Positions 9,473 through 19,032 of a DNA stretch of 64,000 bases are shown one piece after another. Made by a program: the position numbers and the translations under genes. Below the pieces are notes generated by a model. The model was not told the origin of the DNA. It saw only the letters and a list, made by a program, of their open reading frames with translations, and did not search any database. The stretch lies in the IMG/VR virus record IMGVR_UViG_3300020577_007794. One strand, written 5' to 3'. Positions within the stretch are counted from its first letter, which is position 1; every line of letters starts with the position of its first letter. This stretch comes from a virus (Duplodnaviria; Caudoviricetes).

Positions 9473-10824
9473 GTACTCCAGCAAAATGGATTCCTAGATG
9501 GATGGCCAGTGCCACGGTCCCAGTGTATTCAACAATAGAAGTAAGCGGTAGCCTTGTTACTTCTGGAAGTTTGGATAGATGGTACACAGGGATGATATCC
9601 CAACATGAGCACGAATTACATGAATGGGCTGGAAAGTTTGCACTCACTACTTTCTACTCCAGCACAGCCCTTCCAAGAAAAGGGGTTTCTATAACCCGTC
9701 CTCTTGGATTCAATAATATCCAGGTAGAAATAACACAGGATAATGCAGACCATGTTGTTGACGGGCTTCTTTTTGCTGGGGATGAATACAGTTATCTTTA
9801 CCAGACAGTTGATCCCGTAGTTTTAGTTAGAGATCATAATATTTCTCTTAGAAACTGTGCGTTGGTTGAATTTGTAGTCTATGTTTCTACAGGATTAACT
9901 TACGATCTATCCTCTATATCTAAGTTTTCTGACAAAGTTCCTGATGCCCCTATTTATGCAGCAGACTACTTTGGTGATATTTTCTGCTATGAATCGGATC
10001 AAGTAATAGCTGCATCTGGTGTCATATCATTTCCCACGATTGGTGCTTACTCAATTAGATTTGAGCATCAACCCCTATTTCAAAAAATTCTATCAGGCGG
10101 GTTGATAACAATAAATGGTAGAACACCAAAACCTGAGTTAGAATTTTATAATAACGTAGTGGATAGATATGCCTTTCTTCTAGGACTAAAAAGAAAAGAA
10201 GATGAAGATGATCTCTCCTTAAGATCCAGATGCCAAAATTATTCTCTTAGTAGGACACAGGCCCAATCTATAAGTGCTGGATTAGGTTTTTCTAAACCCT
10301 TTATATGGGATACAGGATTTGATCTTACTATACCTGCCAGTGGTTCTGCCCCACCAAATATACCAGCCCTAGGGAAGTATGTCAAAGCTGTGGAATCTGC
10401 TGCTGTTGATTCTGGGAGAATTACACTAAACAATTTTCCACTAGGAGCTGTCACCCTTAGGTTAGACGGACAAATTGTGGAGCCGGAAACCTATTCTGTC
10501 AGTGGTAATATTATCACAGTAAACTCAGGGTTAATTAAAACCTTAATTGATAATGGCTCTATTAGTGAAAGAGTTACAATTGAATACAGAACACAACAAT
10601 TGACCACCATTACCTCAACCAGCAGTGGTGGTGCTGTGTTCTTCGATGTTCCTAAAGTCACTGGACAGAAGCTAGTAATGGGAACTATTCCCACAAATGT
10701 AGAAATCGAAGAGCTTGTTCAGACCGACATTGAATTTAGATGGGGTCGTGGTATCAGATCTAATGCAGGTTTAGGGACTTTTGGCGGATACTATTCCGAA
10801 GATAATTCACTTTTCTACAAATAA
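9469..10824 (+). CDS. putative baseplate protein (paralogue of 1667..3094)
   Basis: PRW near the N-terminus, VDRYAFLLGLKRKEDEDDLSLRSRC, C-terminal FRW shared with 1667..3094. Confidence 0.55.
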   Translation: MSTPAKWIPRWMASATVPVYSTIEVSGSLVTSGSLDRWYTGMISQHEHELHEWAGKFALTTFYSSTALPRKGVSITRPLGFNNIQVEITQDNADHVVDGLLFAGDEYSYLYQTVDPVVLVRDHNISLRNCALVEFVVYVSTGLTYDLSSISKFSDKVPDAPIYAADYFGDIFCYESDQVIAASGVISFPTIGAYSIRFEHQPLFQKILSGGLITINGRTPKPELEFYNNVVDRYAFLLGLKRKEDEDDLSLRSRCQNYSLSRTQAQSISAGLGFSKPFIWDTGFDLTIPASGSAPPNIPALGKYVKAVESAAVDSGRITLNNFPLGAVTLRLDGQIVEPETYSVSGNIITVNSGLIKTLIDNGSISERVTIEYRTQQLTTITSTSSGGAVFFDVPKVTGQKLVMGTIPTNVEIEELVQTDIEFRWGRGIRSNAGLGTFGGYYSEDNSLFYK

Positions 10825-12507
10825 ATGGCAACGACAACTTACACAAACTGGCTAGAGCTAACAGGCTACCCTTCTGCGGGGATTGGTGATCTAGAAGATC
10901 TCAAGCTCGTTATCGGTGTAGGTGACAATGGTGGGTGGATTGGTTATGTTAAACCAGGTTGGTACTACTCATCAGGCTTAGAGCACTATAATTACATACA
11001 AAAAAGTACAGTTCAGGCAACCATCGCAGCTGCATCAGGAAGCATATCCGCATCCTCCTTCAGACCTGCATGGGGGCCTGTTCTAGTTTATGACGAAAAC
11101 GGTACCAACTATGTTGAGCATCATAACTGTTTTCTACCAGCAATGCCCCTAACTTGGGCTCAAGCAGCTCCACAAGTTTATTCTGCCTCTCTCCCAACTA
11201 GCGGTATTCTTCTAGGGATGAGGGGCAACGGTCAACTAACATTTAGTAGGGCAGCTTCTTCAGGAGATTTATCCGCAGGTAGGCTTTATTACCACGATAA
11301 AGATCTTAATAAAGTCTATACTTACTCAACCTCCGCTAGTGCTATAACTGCATATGCTGATATAGCAATGCTTCATCCCGTCCTAAAGTTCCGAGAAATC
11401 GTAACACAAGAGGCTGGTGGTGTTGTTAAGGCTTCTTATAGGAATATAAGAAATGTAGTTGTGACTAAGGGAACCCAATCTCAAACTATTGGAACTGTTG
11501 ACGACAACGTTATAACACACAGTTTAACAGTTTCCGAAGGTGATTGGGTTGTCCTGGAATACTACATAGATAAAAGTTTTGTCTTATACGATCATGATAG
11601 AATCCATGCTTATACAAAAGCTGGGTCTGGTGCGACACTTACAGTACATAGTGAGGGAACTCCACCTGAGTATCTCAAAAAAGCTTATCAATCTTCTCCA
11701 AACGATGGTCAACAATTACAGTTCAATCCACTCTTTTCTGATGCATTCAGGGCTGGATTCCTTTACCACTCAGAAACAGCTTCATCTGGAAGTCCACATA
11801 GAGTTTCGTTAGTCTTTGATAAACGAGAAGTGGTTGGTGGTTGGAAGGAGATCGTAAAGACAACTATTGTTGTTACCGACCAAACTGGACTTCCACTTCC
11901 ACAAACTAGCCTAGTCTTCACACATAATCAAGCACCCTCTGGTCTCCTTTTATCGGTACCAGCAACTCTTGCCAGTACTGGAAGTGTTTATACTTTAAGG
12001 ACAGACAATAGGGGTGAGGTAAACCTGCTTATCTACCCAACCACTTCTGTCTCTGGAAATCTACAACTCCGGGTAGATTGTGGAACCTTAACAAGCAGCG
12101 GTAGTGTTAGAATTCTCAATACAACTCAAGCACTGTCTTTTGATAAATACTCTGCTGGTGTTATAAATGTAGCGCAGTCAAATGCATTTACACCAAAAGG
12201 ATACTCACGATTGTATGCATCCCCCCACTACTTAGACGGAATTCCAAGAAATGCAGCAAGTGGCATTACGTTTATTAGTAGAAAACCATCCTCTTTCCAG
12301 TACACAAACACGTCAAACGAAGAGGCCACTTCTATTAGATCAGCCACAGCAAGGTGTGTTGACAGTACTGGACCATCTTCTCTCAATCCTAGCAGAGTAG
12401 TTGGTCTGGATGAGTATCTTGGAATTATTGTTGCAGACACTGATGAACTAGCTGCTAAGGCAGACTCCGGTCAATCTCCTATCGTTATAGTTAGGGAGGA
12501 ACCATAA
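10825..12507 (+). CDS. virion structural protein with an Ig-like (Big_1-type) segment
   Basis: VTDQTGLPLPQTSLVF...TDNRGEV Ig-like motif; operon context. Confidence 0.5.
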   Translation: MATTTYTNWLELTGYPSAGIGDLEDLKLVIGVGDNGGWIGYVKPGWYYSSGLEHYNYIQKSTVQATIAAASGSISASSFRPAWGPVLVYDENGTNYVEHHNCFLPAMPLTWAQAAPQVYSASLPTSGILLGMRGNGQLTFSRAASSGDLSAGRLYYHDKDLNKVYTYSTSASAITAYADIAMLHPVLKFREIVTQEAGGVVKASYRNIRNVVVTKGTQSQTIGTVDDNVITHSLTVSEGDWVVLEYYIDKSFVLYDHDRIHAYTKAGSGATLTVHSEGTPPEYLKKAYQSSPNDGQQLQFNPLFSDAFRAGFLYHSETASSGSPHRVSLVFDKREVVGGWKEIVKTTIVVTDQTGLPLPQTSLVFTHNQAPSGLLLSVPATLASTGSVYTLRTDNRGEVNLLIYPTTSVSGNLQLRVDCGTLTSSGSVRILNTTQALSFDKYSAGVINVAQSNAFTPKGYSRLYASPHYLDGIPRNAASGITFISRKPSSFQYTNTSNEEATSIRSATARCVDSTGPSSLNPSRVVGLDEYLGIIVADTDELAAKADSGQSPIVIVREEP

Positions 12508-14063
12508 TGCAGAATCAGTTAAATTTACGGTTCGGACCAGCACCACAAAATAAAGGCCAAGCAGTGGGAATAGCATTTGTTGCATCATCAATGATGCAGC
12601 CTGATCTTAGTGTGTCAGCCTTTGATACATATAAGTTCGCCAAAGAGAATGCTCCGCAATTAAGAGACTACATCTTCCACCCAAACTCCTTCAGCACAGA
12701 GTTCAAACTTAGACATGTGTATGGTGGAACCTCTCTTTTTAGTCAAGTTCCCCCAGCTAGTGGTGGATGGTCTATTTACGATTCATCAAAAACAGTAGAC
12801 CTAACTGATAATAATTACTCCCTGCCTTTTGTTAACTCACCAATCAAATCCCTTGGTATAAGACAAACAAGATCGTCTTCCTGGGGGCTAGAAGTAACTT
12901 CTGGTGTTATATTTAGATCGTACACAATACCTTCTTACGAGCAATCAGATGCGTGGTTTCTGTCTGGTGCTTTATCCGGTATTTTAGAAGTTGGTTCTAC
13001 CTGTGTTCTTGTATATACTGTTCCAGAATGTTTTTATGGAACATTGGAAGATAGTGTTGAAGGTGTTTACCCTGGCTCAGGATTTAAACTTAGAGCTGTT
13101 GTAGAAACAGCACACGCTGCTGGACCAAACAGAATCACATTCTCCGATAGTCTGCATTCTTTGAAGAGGATTACAGTTAACGGTATTGATAAATACACAG
13201 GCAATTTTACAGAAGATTCCTCAGCAACTGGTGTTATCAAAGAGGTTAACAGAGCATCAAAGTATATTGATGTTCGCTTCAGCCTCGCGCCAGGGGATGA
13301 AATAGAACTAGAATATACTATCTTCGCACAAAAATTCACATATCTAGGTTACCGAGATAGGAACAATGTCTACTACCCGTTCGATGCTAACCCTGAATAT
13401 GGACATGTTATAGGTGACTCAAGATACGGTGCTATAAGATCTTCAGCAGATTGCCTCCTAGAACAAGTAACTGTATACGCAATACCTTCCGCTGTAGGTG
13501 TTTACAGCATTGTTAAAGGCTCCCCTGATGAAATAGTTTTAACCTTCTACAGTGCTTACGATTATGGGGAGACTCATTTTATACGACACTGTGTAGGGGA
13601 GAACATCGAGGATATCGTCCCCAGAGTTTCAGAAGGACCATCTAATACATATGGATTCTCTGTCTTTGGAAGAAACTACTATGATGAAGCAGGGGTACCC
13701 AAGAGAGATATTTTCTCTACAAGATACCCGTCAATGCTTCCTTTATCCAGGGTTCTTCTAAAAGCACCTGCCTCAGTCAACTCGATAAAGGTTGCAGATG
13801 CTAGAATTAGGGGCGGAGGTATTCCAGAAGACTTCGATTTTGATCTCCTAGTATCTGAACCAAATGCACTAAATACTCTTAGAGGCTACTTCGATCTAGG
13901 CAACTGGGACGGTAAAGCGGCTCAAGTTGGTGGTGCAATAACAATACGAGTCAATAAATCTGTTCTTGTTGCAGAAGGCGGTAAGTACACAGTTGAGGAT
14001 GTCAAAGAAATAGTTGAAAATAGAATACCACCAGGTGTGTACTATAAACTGGAGTTTGTATAA
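12507..14063 (+). CDS. virion structural protein (baseplate region)
   Basis: 518 aa; DARIRGGG motif and C-terminal EIVENRIPPGVYYKLEFV resembling baseplate wedge C-termini. Confidence 0.5.
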   Translation: MQNQLNLRFGPAPQNKGQAVGIAFVASSMMQPDLSVSAFDTYKFAKENAPQLRDYIFHPNSFSTEFKLRHVYGGTSLFSQVPPASGGWSIYDSSKTVDLTDNNYSLPFVNSPIKSLGIRQTRSSSWGLEVTSGVIFRSYTIPSYEQSDAWFLSGALSGILEVGSTCVLVYTVPECFYGTLEDSVEGVYPGSGFKLRAVVETAHAAGPNRITFSDSLHSLKRITVNGIDKYTGNFTEDSSATGVIKEVNRASKYIDVRFSLAPGDEIELEYTIFAQKFTYLGYRDRNNVYYPFDANPEYGHVIGDSRYGAIRSSADCLLEQVTVYAIPSAVGVYSIVKGSPDEIVLTFYSAYDYGETHFIRHCVGENIEDIVPRVSEGPSNTYGFSVFGRNYYDEAGVPKRDIFSTRYPSMLPLSRVLLKAPASVNSIKVADARIRGGGIPEDFDFDLLVSEPNALNTLRGYFDLGNWDGKAAQVGGAITIRVNKSVLVAEGGKYTVEDVKEIVENRIPPGVYYKLEFV

Positions 14064-14758
14064 TGGCGTTTAATGATACGATAAGATGGCCAGAAAAACT
14101 GGACGTTGACTTCCCTAATCTAAGGAACAACGATAGTGCGGCTGTTTCTGATAATGAAAAGCTGTATGCGGCACACTATAATAAGGTACGAAATCTAGTT
14201 ATCAAAGCCTATGATTTGATGCAGAATACAATATCCGCATCTGGTGACGGCTCTATACAAAAGATCAGTATTCCGGTTGTATTCGATATCCCGCTTCATA
14301 CTTTAGTTAAAGTAGGCGCATTCGATGCTGCAACAAATCCACAAATCTCTGTTCCAGGGAATGTTCTACCTTTTGAATTTGTTTTGACATCATCGTCTGA
14401 TGATTATTCAAAGTTGATTGGAAGGGGTGGTGTGGCCTTACTAAATAAGAAAATTCCAACTGCTTTGTTAACACAGTTTGGTGGCATATCTATTATCAAC
14501 CCTAAACTTCATGGAACAGGATTCCTAACCGGACCTTCAGACAAAGTATTTGACAGAACAAAACCATTTCCCAACTCCTACGCAGTATCAGTAAATGCAA
14601 ACATAGGGGCAGACACAATACTTATAAGGGGAGTAATCATAGACAGTAAATTAGATTCTGTTCAATCCGCAAATGGTTTAGGCCCCCAATTCTGGCTTCT
14701 CCCTACAAACCAACAAACAAATTTAAGAATAGCCTTATGTGCGCTATCTCCACAATAA
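14063..14758 (+). CDS. putative tail fibre or adaptor protein
   Basis: WPEKLD...AAHYNKVRN fibre-attachment-type motif. Confidence 0.45.
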   Translation: MAFNDTIRWPEKLDVDFPNLRNNDSAAVSDNEKLYAAHYNKVRNLVIKAYDLMQNTISASGDGSIQKISIPVVFDIPLHTLVKVGAFDAATNPQISVPGNVLPFEFVLTSSSDDYSKLIGRGGVALLNKKIPTALLTQFGGISIINPKLHGTGFLTGPSDKVFDRTKPFPNSYAVSVNANIGADTILIRGVIIDSKLDSVQSANGLGPQFWLLPTNQQTNLRIALCALSPQ

Positions 14759-14762
14759 ATAA

Positions 14763-16787
14763 ATGAGCGATCTTCAACTGACACCTCAATATGCATCTAA
14801 GACATCTGGTTCTAATACTTGGAGCCTTAGTGGTGATATCACAACAACTGGTAACGCCACTATTGCTGATAGTGATGGATCGGTTGGGGAGAAAGTACTA
14901 TTTTTATTCGGACTTCCAGCATCCCTCCCACTAGATGCCGAAGTTAATAGTATAGCTGTTTCCTTAGTAGGAAAATGTTCATCTGGAAGTTTTACCACAG
15001 AAGAGCTTAAAGCTAATCTCGGTCTATATGTAGGAGATACTGACCAACCTTTCTCCATGGGGACGGAGAGAACTCTCTCCCTTACAGGGCATAGCTCTGG
15101 TACCCTAACATTTTCTGCATCAGAATGGGGTAAAGCATTTTGGACAAGAAAGGAACTTCTGTACGGAAATCCAAACCCAATCTTTGGTGTATCTCTAAGA
15201 AGGGTTGGAACTAAGGGTATCGAGATCACCCATCCACAGATAGTAGTTAACTATACGCAGAGCACAACACTAGTTGGTTCTAGAGTTGCTCCCCCATTTA
15301 GTCAAGTACCTCTTAACATACCAGAAAAGTTTGATGGGTCAGGTGAAGAAAATACAGTTAAAAGCGATGAAGTTAATCTCCTTGGAGATGCTCTCTATAA
15401 CATTGAGAAAGCTTCTATTGATACATCTGACTATAACAATGACATCAAATCAGTAGGAAGTTCTGCTGGCATGGATATGATCACAACAACAGTGTTTGTA
15501 TCCGGCACCTTAGGTAGCGTCTACGATTCAGTTTACTACGAAGAAATCAATGATGGGACAGCTACTTCCACTAACAGTCTTGGTGTTAGATCTGCAGCCA
15601 CAGTTATTCCATCCCTCCCACCAGGAAAACAGGTGATCTTTGAGGCTGTGGGCGGTGTAGGCTACATAGTAACCGCAAGTGGTACAGTTTTCCCCTCCCT
15701 CTTTACACCGGGCTGTCTAGCCATTAGGAGAGAGAAGAACGGTAAACACAAACACAGATTCTCGTTTAGGTTAGATTCCTCAACACTAGAAAGAGCTTCG
15801 GAGCCATTATCAAAGGGGCAATACCAAGGTTCTTTTGTTACCCTTTCTAATCCCGTTATATCGGTGTCAAATCAGCTTCAGTACACTGTACCTATTAACT
15901 CACCGGATGGTTCTCCTAACATTGTTGGTATGACCCCAACATATACTTCGTTCAGTGGTTGGTCTAATATTGATCCTCAGCCATTTTACGTTCAAGCATA
16001 CAATGATTCAAACACCCAGCAGACAGTAAGACATCTTGTATTTGCCAGCAAATCAGGGGCTAGTTTGACTAAGGGATACAAATGGGTTGATAATAACACA
16101 AACTACGACACAGTAGAATTTGACATCAACTCATTAGCTACCTATGACTACAATACATCAGGCTCGTACCTAGGTTCGGAAAATTCAAGAAGGCTGTTCA
16201 GGGGTGGTTTCCTGCTAAAGTCTTCTGGAAGTTTTGGAGCGTTAAGTGGTTATGGATTAATGATAACTACCGGTGCCCCGCAAACTACTTCATCTTACTC
16301 TGGTCCAGCAGCAGTAGCCTGGCTGGTTAAGCTGTCTAATTTAGACTTAAGCAACAGATATGATTGGGGTGTATCACTCGCTTCCAACACCTATTACCAA
16401 ACATTTCCATGGCCAGGAAGCAACTCAATGATTACTAATATAGGGTCAACCTATACACCTCTTAGTATAGCTGCTTCTGGTGCGTTCAGATTTACAGCAG
16501 CAGCGAGCGGTTCAGTTACTGTAGTGAAACTGGAATCAATAAACAATATTACGGGTGCGGCTACTGTTCTTTTAAACTACGTAGACAACACTCCATTGAC
16601 TGGAGACAAATCCGGCTTCTTCCAGACAGCACATACCTCTGCAGGTACTACAGAAGAGAAATTGGTTAACGCTACCGCTGGGTTTGACAGAGTAGCCTTT
16701 GGTTTCGCTAACAGCAGCCAAGCGCAGGGAATAATGTTCCAAGCTAGAATTCAAGGAATAGGGAGACTTATAGATGTCGTTATATAG
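14763..16787 (+). CDS. putative tail fibre or receptor-binding protein
   Basis: 674 aa, Ser/Gly/Thr-rich; SDEVNLLGDALYNIEK motif. Confidence 0.45.
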   Translation: MSDLQLTPQYASKTSGSNTWSLSGDITTTGNATIADSDGSVGEKVLFLFGLPASLPLDAEVNSIAVSLVGKCSSGSFTTEELKANLGLYVGDTDQPFSMGTERTLSLTGHSSGTLTFSASEWGKAFWTRKELLYGNPNPIFGVSLRRVGTKGIEITHPQIVVNYTQSTTLVGSRVAPPFSQVPLNIPEKFDGSGEENTVKSDEVNLLGDALYNIEKASIDTSDYNNDIKSVGSSAGMDMITTTVFVSGTLGSVYDSVYYEEINDGTATSTNSLGVRSAATVIPSLPPGKQVIFEAVGGVGYIVTASGTVFPSLFTPGCLAIRREKNGKHKHRFSFRLDSSTLERASEPLSKGQYQGSFVTLSNPVISVSNQLQYTVPINSPDGSPNIVGMTPTYTSFSGWSNIDPQPFYVQAYNDSNTQQTVRHLVFASKSGASLTKGYKWVDNNTNYDTVEFDINSLATYDYNTSGSYLGSENSRRLFRGGFLLKSSGSFGALSGYGLMITTGAPQTTSSYSGPAAVAWLVKLSNLDLSNRYDWGVSLASNTYYQTFPWPGSNSMITNIGSTYTPLSIAASGAFRFTAAASGSVTVVKLESINNITGAATVLLNYVDNTPLTGDKSGFFQTAHTSAGTTEEKLVNATAGFDRVAFGFANSSQAQGIMFQARIQGIGRLIDVVI

Positions 16788-19032
16788 GAGAGGCCAGCTA
16801 TCAACATACAGCCCCGAAACATCAACAGTAGATAGTTTCGCAATCAAGAAAAACTACACCTCCCTAGAGATTGATAGTCTAGAATCCTCAGACCATTTCA
16901 ATCATTATTTTGATGCGTGTATCCAAATTGAAAAGCAGCTTCCTAAGTTTTTAGGGACCAATATCAAAGCCTTCTACCCATTAACTTCGGATGAAATAAA
17001 CTCATCAGTGTTTAAACAGGTAGAGGGTAACCAGATACTGCTAACAACTCAAGTAACATCCGGTACAATGGTTGGGAACGGGCAGGAATTCTCTGTTACT
17101 ATTCCTGACATATTCGGGTCTAACCCGTTCAGGGACAACTCCTTCAGCCTTAGTGTCAGAGCAGATGAGTTTAACTACGGAGCAGAGGGTGTATTCGCAA
17201 ATAAGAATCCAAACAGTTCAGATGTTTGGAACACTCTTTCAAATCAGAACCACTTTGTTTGTTCAGTTCAACCATCCAGCGGGCTGGAGGGAAGAACTTT
17301 TACAGTTAAAGTTAGTGCAGTGGGGCGAACTCCACTACCAGGTTCTCAGGTTTCGTTCTCAGAAAGATTCTCAGAAGCAACTCTTTCAAGCTCCACCCTA
17401 CCAATAGTAGGTGGTAAAGACTTTTCTTTAACCCCTACAAGTACAGGAATCTTCCCAAGAAGATTGTCCTCCTCTAGATACACTATAGATTACTACGGAG
17501 TATCTGGCGGCTTTGTATACCCAAATAACCCAGATCAGACTCCTTTTGCTGTAGCAGTTAAAAACATTCCACTAGGTGGGTTTAGTCTTCTTAGCACCCC
17601 AGATGACAGGGTTCTTGCTCTTACAAGCAATACCACAGCAGCAAGGTATGAAACCACTATGGGTGGTTACTTGTACGGTATAGCTGCCAGATCTGGAATT
17701 CTTTATGGAGTGGAAGGTTTGGATAGACCGGACGACCAGTTTGTTCAATTTAGGCTTTGTGGGTTTGCTGCTGATTCTCCATTTTTTGGAAGAAACTTTG
17801 GGTGTTTTGGCCCAGCAGTTAGAATGAATGGACCAGCAAACAATGCCAGCTTCTACGGCTTGGTTTTCGGAGAAGCTGCTGGTACGTTAACAACCTCCAC
17901 CTCTGGGCTGCCCGCAGACGAAACAGCTCCAAGAATTGCATATCTAGCTAAGTTTAAGAACGTAAATCTGTCCCAGGTATTAGACGAGACTGTGACATTG
18001 AAAGGTTCTGGTACTGCCCCCTATGTCTCTACAACAGTCTCTGGGGCTACTATTTTAACTGGAACATCTACATTGGTGTTCTCTGCTAGTGACATGTCTG
18101 TTTCATACAGACTAGCTGCGTCAGGCAACACAATTATTCTGCAACAAGAAGCTGCTTCAGGATTGTTTACAAACCTCCTGACCTACACAGACACAAACAC
18201 AGTGTCCAACGGGTACCCAGGCTTCTTCTCTGTAGGAAAGAGTGTGCCACAAACCGCGTCTACTAAGAGTAATAGATGGCTGTTATTTGACTCCCTTAAA
18301 ATGGGTGATTTAGCGACTGGTGCCACGATACCTATTCAAATTAGAAGTTTCTTTTCTAAAACAGGTATGGCAAGTTCATACAATATATTCTCTTCATTCA
18401 CCACCAATGAAACTATTATAGATGATAATACAACCCCGACTGCATCTGGTGTTGTGTTAAGGTGGAATGATACTCAGAACCATGTCTACAGAGGTTGTGA
18501 TGTAAACCCAAGTCTGCCATGGTTCCTTGGTCTGGGAGGCTCTTCTAGGGCAATACCCGAACCTGGAAGCCTTCTCCTACAACTCACCTCCTACCAATTC
18601 AATGCGTGGAATATTCCGATAGTCCCTATATCAGTTCTTCTCGTAGCTCCCTCTGGTTACAATATTGCAAACGGTAACTATGTAGCTAAGTTTAGAATAA
18701 CAACAGGAGATGCTTCAGGTTTTTACACCAATATCAACGGACAAGATTTGAGAACTAAATTTGAATTTGGTATTTCAGATTCCCCGACCGCAGTAGTGAT
18801 ATCATCCTCTTATGAATCTAATAAGATACAGTATATAAATGTACCTCTCTCGCAGATGACATTTAGTTCCCAAACTTTGGGTTCACCACAGGTAGTTGAT
18901 TTCGTAATACCTATGAATCAATTTAACATAACCCCAAGATTCAATGCTTGCACTTTCTACATAAAGGGTGAGATGCTTCTTAGGGGTACACAAAACATTC
19001 ACATTTCCGACATAGTGATCGGGGAGCCTTAA
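16774..19032 (+). CDS. putative tail fibre or receptor-binding protein
   Basis: 752 aa; SDHFNHYFDACIQIEK motif; lectin-like beta composition. Confidence 0.45.
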   Translation: MSLYRRGQLSTYSPETSTVDSFAIKKNYTSLEIDSLESSDHFNHYFDACIQIEKQLPKFLGTNIKAFYPLTSDEINSSVFKQVEGNQILLTTQVTSGTMVGNGQEFSVTIPDIFGSNPFRDNSFSLSVRADEFNYGAEGVFANKNPNSSDVWNTLSNQNHFVCSVQPSSGLEGRTFTVKVSAVGRTPLPGSQVSFSERFSEATLSSSTLPIVGGKDFSLTPTSTGIFPRRLSSSRYTIDYYGVSGGFVYPNNPDQTPFAVAVKNIPLGGFSLLSTPDDRVLALTSNTTAARYETTMGGYLYGIAARSGILYGVEGLDRPDDQFVQFRLCGFAADSPFFGRNFGCFGPAVRMNGPANNASFYGLVFGEAAGTLTTSTSGLPADETAPRIAYLAKFKNVNLSQVLDETVTLKGSGTAPYVSTTVSGATILTGTSTLVFSASDMSVSYRLAASGNTIILQQEAASGLFTNLLTYTDTNTVSNGYPGFFSVGKSVPQTASTKSNRWLLFDSLKMGDLATGATIPIQIRSFFSKTGMASSYNIFSSFTTNETIIDDNTTPTASGVVLRWNDTQNHVYRGCDVNPSLPWFLGLGGSSRAIPEPGSLLLQLTSYQFNAWNIPIVPISVLLVAPSGYNIANGNYVAKFRITTGDASGFYTNINGQDLRTKFEFGISDSPTAVVISSSYESNKIQYINVPLSQMTFSSQTLGSPQVVDFVIPMNQFNITPRFNACTFYIKGEMLLRGTQNIHISDIVIGEP

